Virus record (IMG/VR): IMGVR_UViG_3300020362_000765
Coordinates: 1 to 24,619 of that record
DNA length: 24,619 nt
Origin: a virus
Lineage: Duplodnaviria; Caudoviricetes
Reading direction: 5' to 3' (one strand)
Below the pieces are notes generated by a model. It did no database searches. It was not told the origin of the DNA and worked only from the letters and a program-made list of their open reading frames with translations. A program made the position numbers and the translations under genes. Positions 24,341 through 24,619 of the stretch are shown here, one piece after another; within the stretch, counting starts at the first letter, position 1, and each line of letters opens with the position of its first letter.

Positions 24341-24619
24341 CTTACTTTCTCCATCAACTCTTCAACGTTCTCGCCACCGTTTGGTAATTTATCTTTAAGA
24401 AAGAAATGTACAAAATATGCTTCTTTTATATTTTGATCCGGTATCGCTGTATATAATGCATTCCATTTCCAACTTAATTCTTGTTGAACCATATTCTCTT
24501 TCTTTATCCAGTAGTTTAAGAGTGTTTGATCAGTACTCCATTTCCATGCACCCATGCCGTCTACAAATCTTTTAAACTCTGGCCTTGTAACAAACTCTTT
24601 ACCAGTTTCATACCTTTTA
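24337..24619 (-). CDS. GT8-like glycosyltransferase, C-terminal part (runs off right edge)
   Basis: Frame is open to the window edge; DQTLLNYW...WKWNAL...FVHF. Confidence 0.7.
   Translation of the reverse strand, partial: KRYETGKEFVTRPEFKRFVDGMGAWKWSTDQTLLNYWIKKENMVQQELSWKWNALYTAIPDQNIKEAYFVHFFLKDKLPNGGENVEELMEKVS

Noticed and set aside
1-24619. CRISPR array, transposase or integrase
   Set aside because: No regularly spaced repeats or recognisable mobile-element proteins seen
16996-24619. Bacterial LPS/capsule locus (cellular origin of the window)
   Set aside because: Genes are short and overlapping, there are no transport or polymerase genes, and the block is contiguous with phage promoters and phage-type genes

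Overview
A segment of an AT-rich, T4-like (large myovirus-type) phage genome, probably infecting an alphaproteobacterium. Support: seven copies of a phage early promoter (TGTACA/TTTACA-N17-TATAAT), T4-type late promoters (TATAAATA), and a phage-borne two-piece (circularly permuted) tmRNA with an alphaproteobacterial-style tag (ANDNFAPQEFAQAA) next to tRNA-Cys. From left to right: (1) a late/early-promoted trio of a DUF6267-like KxDG protein and two paralogous PD-(D/E)xK-motif proteins; (2) early-gene cassettes including a DUF932 protein; (3) a ~650 bp divergent non-coding hub (5996-6656) with a promoter-driven, highly structured, pseudoknot-capable RNA, lying near the top of a GC/CpG 'hill'; (4) two convergent operons in mirror order, [radical SAM]-AspH-GNAT-2OG-2OG >< AspH-2OG-GNAT-AspH-[desaturase], which is the best candidate for an undescribed modification system; (5) tRNA-Cys plus tmRNA; (6) small late genes, including an unannotated Cys-rich metallothionein-like peptide, then DUF3310 and a SleB-type cell wall hydrolase; (7) a ~7.6 kb glycosyltransferase/sugar-activation cluster that runs off the right edge. 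All functional calls come from motif recognition by eye; no database searches were run.
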